The notes under the pieces: model-generated
Databases searched by the model: none
Told to the model about the DNA's origin: nothing
Seen by the model: the letters and a program-made list of their open reading frames with translations, nothing else
Shown here: piece by piece, positions 41,201 to 52,123 of the stretch
Layout: every line of letters starts with the position of its first letter
Position numbering within the stretch: the first letter of the stretch is position 1
DNA from: Paragordius varius
Taxonomy: Eukaryota; Animalia; Nematomorpha
Assembly (NCBI GenBank): GCA_964247055.1
Contig: OZ176052.1
Location: 7,502,001 to 7,566,000 of the forward strand
DNA: 64,000 bases
Direction: 5' to 3'
Position numbers and translations under genes: made by a program

Positions 41201-44200
41201 CCAATATCTTGAAGGATATTTTCAAGGGCCACCTCGTATATTACGGGGTGACACCAAGCTTTAGACAAAATACTGGCATCAAGACTATCGCTTGTTTCAT
41301 TCATAATGATTTGAGACGCCATCGTTTTATCTGGCATAACAGGTAGGGAGAGGTCATCATCTTTGTCAAATTTATCGGAACTCAAAAATTCAAATTTGGA
41401 ATCTAATAAACAACATTGTTAACATATATACCTTAGCTTGATATTTTAATTGGAATTGAAAAAAAACTAAGTATATTAACGAAAGGGAAAGATTGTACAT
41501 AAAATTAATAAAAAATATTAGAGCTATAATTGTGGCTTAAAAAACAATGTATTAATTACATTGTAAATGTTTTCATAATATTTAGTATATTAAATGAATT
41601 AAAATCTATTTTAATGTTATCCCTTGTGATTTAGATGTGATATAATATATAAGGCTAAATTTATACCATTTGTCCCAGTGTTTACAGATTGGTTGGGTGA
41701 AACATTATCCGAAATATCAAGGATATTAAGGACATTATTATAAATCTGGTTCCAGGATTCTTCTGCCAACAAAGTTTGCTTGATTTGCAAAACTGTATCG
41801 AGAACACACTTTTTATAACATTCCTCCCTATTTCTCCCAATAGCCAAATTACAGATAGCAGGTGTAGTTTTCAATTCGTAGTACATTTTAAATGGAACTA
41901 TATCATACATGAATAGGAAAGTAAAATCAAAATATCTTATAATCCGTTAAATAAAACAAATTAGTGAGGGGTTTAAATTTTCACTAAAAATACTATACCA
42001 ATCATATGCATGGTTTTTAACGAGTGTTATTATGCATACTTTTAAAATTTTAAAATATTGTGTATAACACATAATTAGCGGGATATAACTCAAAAATATA
42101 AAATTGGAGCAAAAACAAGAAATTACGAAAATAAAAATAATTCAATATGATTTATATATAATACAATTCAAATCGGCTCCATTGACATGGTAATGTTTGG
42201 TTATTTTGATGTGTTGTTCTTCAGCAATGTTATTCATAATTTCCTCATACATTGTGATGTCAAGTTTATCAAAATCATTACTATCCATCCTTTCGTACCT
42301 TACAATGTCAAGAGTTTTTAAGCGTGTCAAAGTTGGTCCCAAATTCACAAATTCAAGGTACATCTATTTATTTGGGCGTCGCATATATTTAGCCAATCCG
42401 TTGGAAAAAAAGCGAAAAATAGGGAAATTTTAATATAAAAGAGTTATTTACAAATAATAAACCATTTATTATATTCAGAATTTAATGTCTGGCAAATGTG
42501 CAATACGCAAAAAGCTATTCAATAAAAACGATTGCGGATTTTTTCTCTCAAAAATCGATAATGATTAGCAATTGAAAGTTCATTTAAAAAATTTAATTGA
42601 TATATTTTGAAAGACAGATTGGAACTGCAATTATTAAAATAACATTTTAACCTAAGCAATAGAATACGATGAAAAGGAAAGTTCTAATATAAAAACATTT
42701 TTTTAGATTTTAGTAGTAAAATTACGCATATCCTTGAAAATCTTTTGATATTTTTATGCGTACTTGAATTTTATTATGTATGTATTATGATGACATATTT
42801 TTTATATTTTTAAATTCAAATAAATCACAATTTTTACATTCAAATTTAAAATTTAATACCGTTATATATATAGTAATAATTAATATATCTATTTAATGAT
42901 ATATTACATAATCTTTAGTATCGCTCGGGAACAATTTACTCGGAGATAATCCACGTTTTTTAGTCGTTTTTTGAACATTCTCCTATTCATAAAAATATTC
43001 AAGTTAGTGAATCAAATAAAAAAGGGATAATTAAAATTACATAATATAACCAAAAAAAACAAGCAAATTAAAAAAATACCTTTATCAATTCGTTTATAGG
43101 CATGACATTACAAGGGATAATATCAGTAATGGGCTTTTTCATCTATGATGATAGGAAATAATTATATGAAAACCAATTGTGACAGCACAAAAAACTATAT
43201 AAATAAAACTTTTTAATTCTTAATCTTAAACAAAAATTTTACCCATAATTTAATTAAAAGTTAATAAAAACTTACTTTTTCATCCTTAATTTCATTGGTG
43301 CCGGCAGTGGATTTATTGTTGGGTTTCTCATCCATATTTTCCCCCATAGATACGTCAACATTGCCTGCCAAAATGTGCAAATTTTCTTTCACGATTTTAA
43401 GCAAAGCGATTGCCGCTAACCTTTTAGCCGATTTCTTTGATTTGGCTTCCCCTGAAAAACAAAAAAAAATATTTTATTATTTAACAATGTTTTTGTTTGT
43501 TTTATAAACAAATGCCATAACATTGTTTGTTTTTAGCTTATTAGGGTTTCTAAGCCAAAAATAATAAAATTATATAACTAGCAAAATAAATTTTTGTATA
43601 AAATCAAATGGTTTTAATAAATTGCTAACATTGTGGTGCTAGTTTGAATAGCAAATCCAAAAAAGGGCAATAAAACGATAAATAGCCAACACAGTAAAAA
43701 ATGATATTAAGCTTAAATATTCGGATACACAAATAATTGATGATTAAACAAGTATTATACGATATTATTTGGGTGAATGAGAAATATATACATAATTATT
43801 AAATTACTATTGATATTTGTTTAATAAATGTTTTATTTTGCAGATTTAAAGGTTGGGTAAAAAGAGCAAAACTTTTGAAATGGTACGATATAAATATATT
43901 CTGCTAATCCAGATATATATTAAACATATAAGTATTTTATGATAAAACCAAATTTTACTGTGTAAGTAAAAACAACATGTTATTATTAATATATTATCCT
44001 ACCTTTTGTCGTAAACTCATTTATTTTGGCTTGAATGGTAAAGGTGCGTTCATGAGCCATTCCAAAAGCATCTATAAGCTCGTACTCTGGCGGTGTTATT
44101 TTGTTATTCAAGCAAATGTCCAGGAGTTCTCCGATAGGGTTATCTCTAAGGTGGGGTGGTTTGGATTCATCCTGCGCATATAATATAAAAACTCATTAAA

Positions 44201-45075
44201 TTTGTTGAATATACCTATATGTTTTCAACTACATTTTATTTTTAATTATCAATAATTTATTTGGCCATATAATTTATTTATAAAGACGGAAACGTAAATA
44301 CCCATAAATAAAAGCTATAAATATGCTATCAAGTGTTAATAAGAACAAAACAAGGGGTAGACTATCCTTGGAAAAATAATTTAAATATTTTAAATGGCCA
44401 AAAATATATCAAAATATATGTAAATTATTTGTATATTTTAATACTTGTATATAATTAAAATCAATGCAAATATTTTAAATTTTTTAAGTTATCAATCCAA
44501 TCATCTTGAAAAAGGTATTGATATAATTTATTATTTAAAAAAAGGTGTTTACTTCATATTCCATTTATTGTAAATTTTTTAAGGGCCATTAATAAGATAC
44601 CTTCGCAGCAAATTACATTTAAATTATAGAATGTTCGTTTAAACAAAATTTTATAGCACTTTATTTTTATATCGAAATAGTATAAAAATACTTAATTACA
44701 ATCAACTTTGTGTTTGTATAAAAAAGAATTAGATAAAACAAAATATATCCATCGAACGTATGCTAAAATGAATTCTTTTTAATTTTTTGATAAAAAATAT
44801 GTACCATTATCATAAAAAACAGTATAAATATGAGTTTAAAAAACAAATGATTTATAAAATTGAGTAGGCATTAATATGAATCTTTAAACGTGCCATTGCG
44901 GTGACAATATTTTAAACATAATTTAGGTTTTATATTGGTACAAAATAATTTATTTTACTTATTTACATAAAAAGACTTATATTATTTTTTATTTAGTATA
45001 CTACCATGTATCGAAAATTTTGGATATAGTTTATTTAGTAAATTTTACGAGAGTTTAAATTATTATTTTAACTAA

Positions 45076-45108
<33 letters not shown>

Positions 45109-47150
45109 TATAGGTTCGTTTTCCGTTATAGTGACATCTTCACCGAGTTTTGTAAATATTAGTTTATCACATTGTTCAGCGCTAGAAAATATAGACAAAA
45201 TTTATGAATAAAATCGAAATATTTTATCTGAATAAATCAGAAATCTAAAATCAACCAATTTTTTTGTTTACAAACATTCAAACGTAAACATTTGTATGCT
45301 ACCATAATTATAAACCCTTTAATTCAATATTATTTTTTAACACTTAAATACAACATATTCATTTGGGAACCCTAAGCCTGTTAAAAATCAAATATTTCCA
45401 AAAATATGGAACAAATTGTTCTTTGCAAAATTTTAAACTTATGGAACACTGATGCACCGAAATATAAAAAAAATTTATAACTTAATATTACTTAATTTAT
45501 AAATAAATACGATGATAAAAATTTAGCCAACATGACACATGCATAGGCTTAATATAAAAATAATGCAAATCCAACTTATTTCTGTTTATAATAATAATAG
45601 ATAAAACCTTTAATTTTAGCTTTAAAATTAAAATACGATATTTTGCAAAAATGTTGCAAAATAAATATGGCGTCGAAGCAGTTTGATATGGAGATTGTTT
45701 TCAAAACTTAATTTTATTTAAAAATTTTAGCTTTTTTTATAATTTCTATTATAATAAAATCAAAAATTAAAATTGAAACCGTCTTCCTTAGTAGTTTTTC
45801 AACTGTATTAATTTATGAAGTCTTTACGTACCCCAATTTGAATCGAAGTGTTAAAATAAAATAACTGTATCGAATTCGAAAAATTGCATTTATATATCAT
45901 TGATGTACCACAATAAAAAAAGAATTTATCATAAGCTTTGCCGCAATATCATATTAACTTCACTATGCTGACGACACTATACTGCTGTCTTTAGTGGAAA
46001 ACTAAAAAAACTCTTAGGTCTAACGATCAACTACAAAAAAACTAAAATTATGAATATAAACGCTCAGAATTATTACAACAATTTATCCTTAGCCAACCAA
46101 AAATCAAAGTAGTCTCCCAATACACTTATTTAGGCAGTCTTATTAATACTAAAAACAGCACCCCCGACATCAGAAGAAGAATAGGAATCGCTAAATCAAA
46201 AATGATAAATTATATAAACTATGGTCGTCACACGACATCAAACTCAAAACGAAAATCCGATTAGTTAAATCCCTAATATTTCCTAGCATGCTATACGCGT
46301 TAGAAAGTTGGACAATAAAAAAGGATGAAGAAAGCATTAACGCCTTCGAAATGTGGTGCTGGCGGAAGATACTACAAATCACCTGGAAAGACAAAATAAA
46401 GAACACAGTAATCCTTGACAAAATCAATCCCAAGATACACCTGATCGGCATGTGCCTTAAAATGTGTCATACTTTGGTCACATTACCAGAGCTAATGAAT
46501 TGGAATTCCAACTAATGACAGGCAAGGGGGTCGAAGGATCCAGGAAACGTGGACGCTGCAAGATGCGCTGGATTAAAAATAAGCAAAGAAACCAATCTTT
46601 CTTTACAACAGCTAACAGCACTCGCTTACAATCGAATAAACTGGACAAAATATACCTTCGAAAAAACAATAAATGGACAACGATCTTTGCTATATAATTA
46701 ACTTTAAGAGCTAAATTTAAAAAATGCGAATTCAGATATGATTAAAAATTTGCAATGTATTAAAGAATTAAAAATGCATTTTTATCGTATTAAAGCCGTA
46801 ACAAATAATAAAAGTTTGGTAGGGAATGGAATTAAATTATAAAGGTAAAATTAAAAATTACAGTTCAATAATTTTCGCCTTTAGATCAAACAATGGATGC
46901 TCAGACTCCGTCAATTCTGATATTTTAACTAACATATTCTGCGCCGCATTGTGACGAGCCAATTTTTTACTGGATCCATGGCCGATTGTAGATAAATTAG
47001 AAACTGAACAATCAAATATAAAATTATAATTTAATCGTTTGTCCTGAGACACCAAATTGTATTGGGGTGTATATCCTACAATAAAATTTTGAAATAACCT
47101 TTTTTTAAACAAAGTTCATGCAGAACACTTAAAGGAGTTTTGCTGCTCAT
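35280..47150 (-). CDS. TRBP/PACT/Loquacious-like dsRNA-binding protein with three dsRBDs and an acidic C-terminal extension
   Basis: Exon 1 is MSSKTPLSVLHELCLKK, followed by a 23-nt intron. dsRBD1: GYTPQYNLVSQ...FIFDCSVSNLSTIGHGSSKKLARHNAAQNML. dsRBD2: NPIGELLDICLNNKITPPEYELIDAFGMAHERTFTIQAKINEFTTKG|EAKSKKSAKRLAAIALL (exons at about 44180-43990 and 43462-43275). Type-B third domain: MNNIAEEQH...ELKTTPAICNLAIGRNREECYKKCVLDTVLQIK. The last exons, 41402-41202 and 35497-35280, join in phase; stop at 35280. Confidence 0.85.
36871..37920 (+). repeat. Tandem array of about 115-120-bp units in the left foldback arm (about 10 unit starts)
   Basis: Recurrent TACTA(C/T)ATATTTTGGACATT...GGTAAAAATTG(C/T)GGTTTTTAACAAAT at about 36871, 36989, 37108, 37223, 37340, 37455, 37563, 37678, 37797 and 37899. 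Confidence 0.9.
39640..40360 (-). repeat. Mirror-image tandem array in the right foldback arm (about 7 unit starts)
   Basis: AATGTC(C/G)AAAAT recurs at about 39648, 39753, 39872, 39989, 40107, 40222 and 40339. Confidence 0.9.
45940..46620 (+). pseudogene. Decayed RTE-clade LINE, RT and C-terminal fragment, inside an intron of the dsRBD gene
   Basis: TATGCTGACGAC (YADD) at about 45964, followed by frameshifted RTE motifs: LYALESWTIKK, INAFEMWCWRKILQITWKDK, YFGHITR, GSRKRGRCKMRW. Confidence 0.85.
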
Positions 47151-47176
47151 TTTTTGAGAAAATGCGTTCTTAACAG

Positions 47177-47922
47177 ATGTCTCAATGTATTGAATGCGGT
47201 GCGCAAAATTTTGAACCAATTTTCGTAGAGTTTTCTCCCGGGATAATAAAACTAAATAAATGTGTATTAATATATTTTTTATTTAGTATAAATGTCAGAA
47301 TTTTATTGATAAATATGTAGAATATGACAATACCCTCATATTGTTGGATTTACTACTTTTTAAAATCTCAGCATTTAGGCATCTTTTGTGGAATTTGTCT
47401 ATTAAAGTACATTATAATTAATTCATAGAATAATTGGAAATTTTTTATTATTTTATGCGTATTAGAAGCATTTGGAAATTTCATTAATGATTTTACAGCC
47501 ATAAATTTTGATGAAAAATTTTATTTATATCTTATAATTCATTTTATAAGTATATTTCTTTATAAATAACAGATAACATATTTTTAATAACCATCATATA
47601 CGGTCTCTTATTTTTACATAATAAGCCTATATCATTTGGCGATATATTTATGATATACACTCTTACAAGCTATGGAAAAATTATACCCTTCTTATTAGTT
47701 CCCTGGAATTATGCCCAAACAGAACTTCATTTCTTACTAATATATATTTTTATTCTTTTGTCAAACACAATAGGATTTTCTGGTATAATTTACAATTTTA
47801 TATTAACAGTTAAAATACATTTGGCAATATGGAAATCGGCACTTATTGTTGGAACTTCTTATTTAGTTGTTTATTTAACAAACAAAAAATTATTTGAAAT
47901 ATTAAATAGTTTTTATTATTAA
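47177..47922 (+). CDS. ARV1: ARV1 homolog (ER sterol/GPI homeostasis protein), 5 exons
   Basis: Spliced product: MSQCIECGAQNFEPIFVEFSPGIIKLNKC|YKCQNFIDKYVEYDNTLILLDLLLFKISAFRHLLWN (Arv1 homology domain, zinc-binding CxxC...CxxC and DKYxEYD), then TM segments including LTSYGKIIPFLLVPW. Introns are 47264-47286, 47407-47428, 47550-47572 and 47783-47809. Confidence 0.92.
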
Positions 47923-47962
47923 ATTCCTCCATATATATGCTGTATAAATTTTATTTTTAAAA

Positions 47963-48284
47963 CTATTTTTCCTTTGATTTAGCGGTCAAAACCTCTATCA
48001 AATTGGAACAATTCGTTAATATTAATGTGACGACCTTTTTATCCCAATACGCATTAATCCCTTTGAGAGTCATTGCGTTAAACATAACGATATTTTTGAT
48101 AAATATTTGGTTCATAATTTTTAACTGTAAATTTGGATAAATGTTGCAACACGTAAAATTTAAAATCGAGATTAATTAGTATAAAAAAAATACATAGATT
48201 GGAAAACCAATTTTTAGATATCAGTTGTTTAAAAGCGAGTAATTTTCTGACTCTTTGAAGTGATTTGGCCTTATAGTTCACCAT
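47963..48284 (-). CDS. Possible small two-exon gene (97 aa), convergent on ARV1
   Basis: The ORF from 48284, spliced over a putative 28-nt intron (48125-48152), continues in frame for 53 aa (LKIMNQIFIK...AKSKEK*). The donor is weak and I recognise no homology. Confidence 0.3.
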
Positions 48285-48659
48285 TTACACTCCAAATTTA
48301 CCCTTGAGCCTATCATATTTATCCTAAAAATAGATTATGTTTTTTTGGGCTAAAATAATTCACAGTTTAAATATATTGCTCGTATGTTTTTTTATGTTTT
48401 ATTACTCTATTTTGTTAAATTTAAAAAAATTATTAATAAAAATTATCAGTGAATAAAGGCTTTCAGTATTTTTTAATATTTTTAAAAAATAATCATTAAA
48501 CAAAATAACAGAAATAATTATTAACTATGCTGACAAATAATATTAATTATGATTTAATAGCTCAGACATATCATTTTTTTGATTTTAAAAATGTTATATC
48601 AGTTGCGTGTTATGCAACCTTTTTAATCTTAAAAACATTAATATCATTATTATTCCCTA

Positions 48660-48714
48660 GAGGCGTGATGGTATAGTAGGTAGGGCGCCGAACTCTTACA
48701 CTGGGTGCCAGAGA
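48660..48714 (+). mobile_element. tRNA-derived SINE head, 3'-truncated
   Basis: GAGGCGTGATGGTATAGTAGGTAGGGCGCCGAACTCTTACACTGGGTGCCAGAG contains an A-box-like TGGTATAGTAGGTAG and matches the copies at 6293 and 59959. Confidence 0.55.
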
Positions 48715-49743
48715 TTTCATTTTTATCATTATTACTAGCTAGATGACCCTGTAACGCTTCGTTGTGACGTAGTCTCACCGATAATTATTCTTAATAATTT
48801 GCAATAAATAGAGGTAATGGAGATAAAATAACGAAAAACATATTATAAAAATGTATAATTATTTTTTTATGGGTTTTTGCGTAAGCTCTAATATTGTTTA
48901 CTTGAAATTGACCATATTTAAACTCTCCCTTATGAAAGTTAATATATAACTATCATTGGATTTAATTTAAGATTTTTTACGAAATTATGGTTAAAAGTTT
49001 TATTTTGAAATTGAGTTCATACAGCTGAAATCATAGGATATAAAAAGTAACTCATTTTTGGTCCCATTTAAAGGAAAGAATGATATACAAATTCGCCAAA
49101 TGTGTTTAAACTGAACTCATATGTCTTCTTAAGTTTTTTAATCATCTCCATAACCACGCCATTTTTGTATGGCGTCTCAGTTTTAAACCGGTAGACCCTA
49201 CCCATTAACCCATATGAAAAAGCGCTGAGTTGAATTCTTTGCTTTTATAGGGCAAATATTAGGAATCATTTTTGATATCATCGTTTCATGGGGTTTTCTA
49301 AAAAATACCTTAACACTAAATAATCGTTTTGTGATGGCGTATTATCAGGGGCATAAAGGCCCCAAATTAACGGTTGATTAAAAAAGCACGACCTTAATTT
49401 TTATCCAGTTACGGGTAATATTTCAAGCTTTTAATGAACTCGTATAACTTCATAAATTTCTGTAAATTAGTTCCAAAACATCGCAATTTCTATATAGGGG
49501 CAGAGTTTTTGGCGGGTAGCTCCTTACCCAAAGGGTAAAAAAGCGTTGGACAAAATTTTTGTCTTTATTTGGGGAATATCTGGAATTATTGGATTCCATA
49601 TATTAGACACATAGGTTTTCGGAAATTTGGCTCCAAAGACATGCTGTATCGATATGGTGTCGCAGTTTTATGCAGGTAGCACCCTAACCAGGGGCGAAAA
49701 CAAAAAAACGCTCGATTAAAATTTTCGCCTTAATTGTAATATC

Positions 49744-52123
49744 TAAGGTGACCAGACGTCCCGCTTTTGGCGAAACAGTCCCGCTTTCTCACACTTTGCC
49801 CGCGTCCCGCTGCGTTTTTGAAATGTCCCGCTTTTTCACGATTATAAAAAAAAATTATTTATCCGTTTAAATTTTTTATCATTAGTTATCTTTAAAATCT
49901 ATATTAATTTTAAATTGAGATTTTTTATTTTTTAATTAAAATATTTATTTTTTTCGAATATATATCATATGATTATACATTTTGCTTTCTAATCCTACTG
50001 CCAACATTATCAAAATACAAATAAATACCAAAAATCAGCTTATACGTTTACTCCAGAAAATTAAGGTAATAAAATATTTTTTTATACTAATATTTTAGTT
50101 ATATTACCTGCCAACATTATCAAAAAGACAAATTAATACAACAAATCGGTAGCTTTTACGTTTACTCCAGAAAATTAAGGCAATATAATATTTTTTTTAT
50201 TATAATAGTTTAAAAATATGAGTATAAAAAGAGGTTGTAAATTCAAGGATGAATTAATGAAAGAATCCTTTTATAAAAAAAACGAAGAACGAATCATTTG
50301 TTAAATGTTTTCTATGCGAAGGGGAATTTACCCTAGCACATGGCTGCAAGCATGATATTACAAAGCATATGAAAACACAGAAACATAAACAATGTTTAGA
50401 TATGGCGGCATCATCTTACAAAATGAGCGATTTTAAACCGCTTTTGGAGAAAGTAGAAAAGAATGGACTAGCCGAATGCGTTTTATCTTTTCACGCCGTT
50501 AATCACAATCATTCCTTTAGATCTATGAAATGTACCTCACAGGTTATTCCTGCCCGTACAAAGGCTGAAGCCATTGTATGCAATGTCCTTTCGTCACATG
50601 CATTTTCTGAAATACAAAAAGATTTGCTGACTGATGTATCAAATCAGGAAACAAAATTATTTCCCAGTTTAATAAGATATATTGATCCAGAAACCGGAAT
50701 TTAATTAAAATTTATTTTATTTCTCTACCCGGTGTAAATTCCGACATAATTTTTACTTCAATAATGAATATTCTAGAAAAAAATAATGACAAAATCATCG
50801 CATGCGCTGTCAACACCAATACGAACCTCGGTAGAAAAGCAAGGAGGGGAACAAAAAATAATTTTTATAAATTAGCAGATAATCTTAATCAAAACATTAT
50901 TGACGTTGGGTGTGCAGCGCAAACGCTATTCAAACAGCTGCTGATTTGTTACCCCTAGATGTGAAAAATGTAGTTGTTAAAATATATTTCTAATTTTATA
51001 TACACGGTACGAGTTGAAACGCTTAAGGAATTCTGTGAAAATGCAGAAGTTCAATATCAAAAAATGCTTGGATATTGCAAAACTTGTTGGTTAGCTCTTC
51101 TGCCAGCTCTCGAAACAATTTTAAAAATATCCTTTAAAATCGTTTTTTTTTCACAGGACAAACTTTGGAAAAGTTTTTTAAAAGTGATTCTTCAAAAATA
51201 TGGTTAGAATTCCTACATAATCAAGCTTCTCTCTTTCAACATGTTATTAAATTGATAGAAGGTGACAAAAATTCGGGAATCGAAGTAGCCAATGAAGTTA
51301 GGAACCGGAAATTCTAATGTCAAGAAAGGTTAGAAAATAATTTTTATCAGTAACCATCCGCAATATTATAAATAAGTTAGAAAAACAAGGCTTAATAAAT
51401 CCCCAAGATATCCTGTACCATATAAAAATGTTTTATACAAGCTGTAGATCATTTGGAAGATTGGACGGTGCAATTCAATGAAATTGATCATTTTCATTGG
51501 AGAACATTAAAACCAGAATTTAATTGGTGCGATGTTCAAAAATCATTTGGTTACATCTGCATCTCCCGGAAATTCCCAAAAATAACCTTTCAGAAAATGA
51601 TCTTTTTTTAGAAGTATCATTAGTTACAAAATATATTAATAATGAAACACTTAAATTATGGACAACAGAAAAAAATACAATGGAAAAGAAATGGTTAGAA
51701 ATGTTTCATCATTTTGAAACAAACTATGTTCCATAAAATAATATTTTTAAATTGTGTAATTTGCACTATCTTTACTTGGAACCAACGCTGCTACTGAGCG
51801 CGTTTTTTCCACAGTAAATCAGGTCTGGACATCGGAAAAATTAAATTTAAATGTTAAAACTTTAAAGACCATTTTATCTGTCAAATATAATTTGACAAAT
51901 TCTTGTGAAGATTTCTACAATATTTTAAAAAATTATGACAATCTGCTAAAACGCATTCACTCAACCAAGGAATAAAATATTTTTTATATTTATAATGTAT
52001 TTGTGTTAAAAATAAATAAATATTACAATAAATTTTTTGTATAAAAATTTTTGGTACCCCCCTCCATGCCCCCCCTTTCTCTGATTTGTCCCGCTTTTTC
52101 CTTCAAAAAATCTGGTCACCTTA
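49744..52123 (+). mobile_element. hAT DNA transposon, 2380 bp, decayed
   Basis: TIRs TAAGGTGACCAGA / TCTGGTCACCTTA and repeated subterminal GTCCCGC motifs. The left 8-mer GTAATATC is echoed on the right as GTATC (TSD with a 3-nt deletion). An internal duplication of about 110 bp lies at about 49998-50185. Confidence 0.9.
50218..51975 (+). pseudogene. hAT transposase pseudogene
   Basis: Frameshifted fragments: an N-terminal BED-like zinc finger (KC..C..EF...HG...DI.KHMKTQKH), HSFRSMKC, YTVRVETLKEFC, KTCWLALLPALE, and the C-terminal hAT dimerisation motif GTNAATERVFS. Confidence 0.88.

Noticed and set aside
47177-47922. Non-standard genetic code, stop read-through or programmed frameshifting to explain broken ORFs
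   Set aside because: Every interruption in conserved genes coincides with a GT...AG segment whose removal restores the frame and the conserved motif. Terminal stops use TAA, TAG and TGA normally.
48660-48714. A functional tRNA gene
   Set aside because: It has an A-box-like 5' half, but this copy lacks the T-arm and acceptor 3' strand, and related copies continue into a non-tRNA body. It is better explained as a SINE head.
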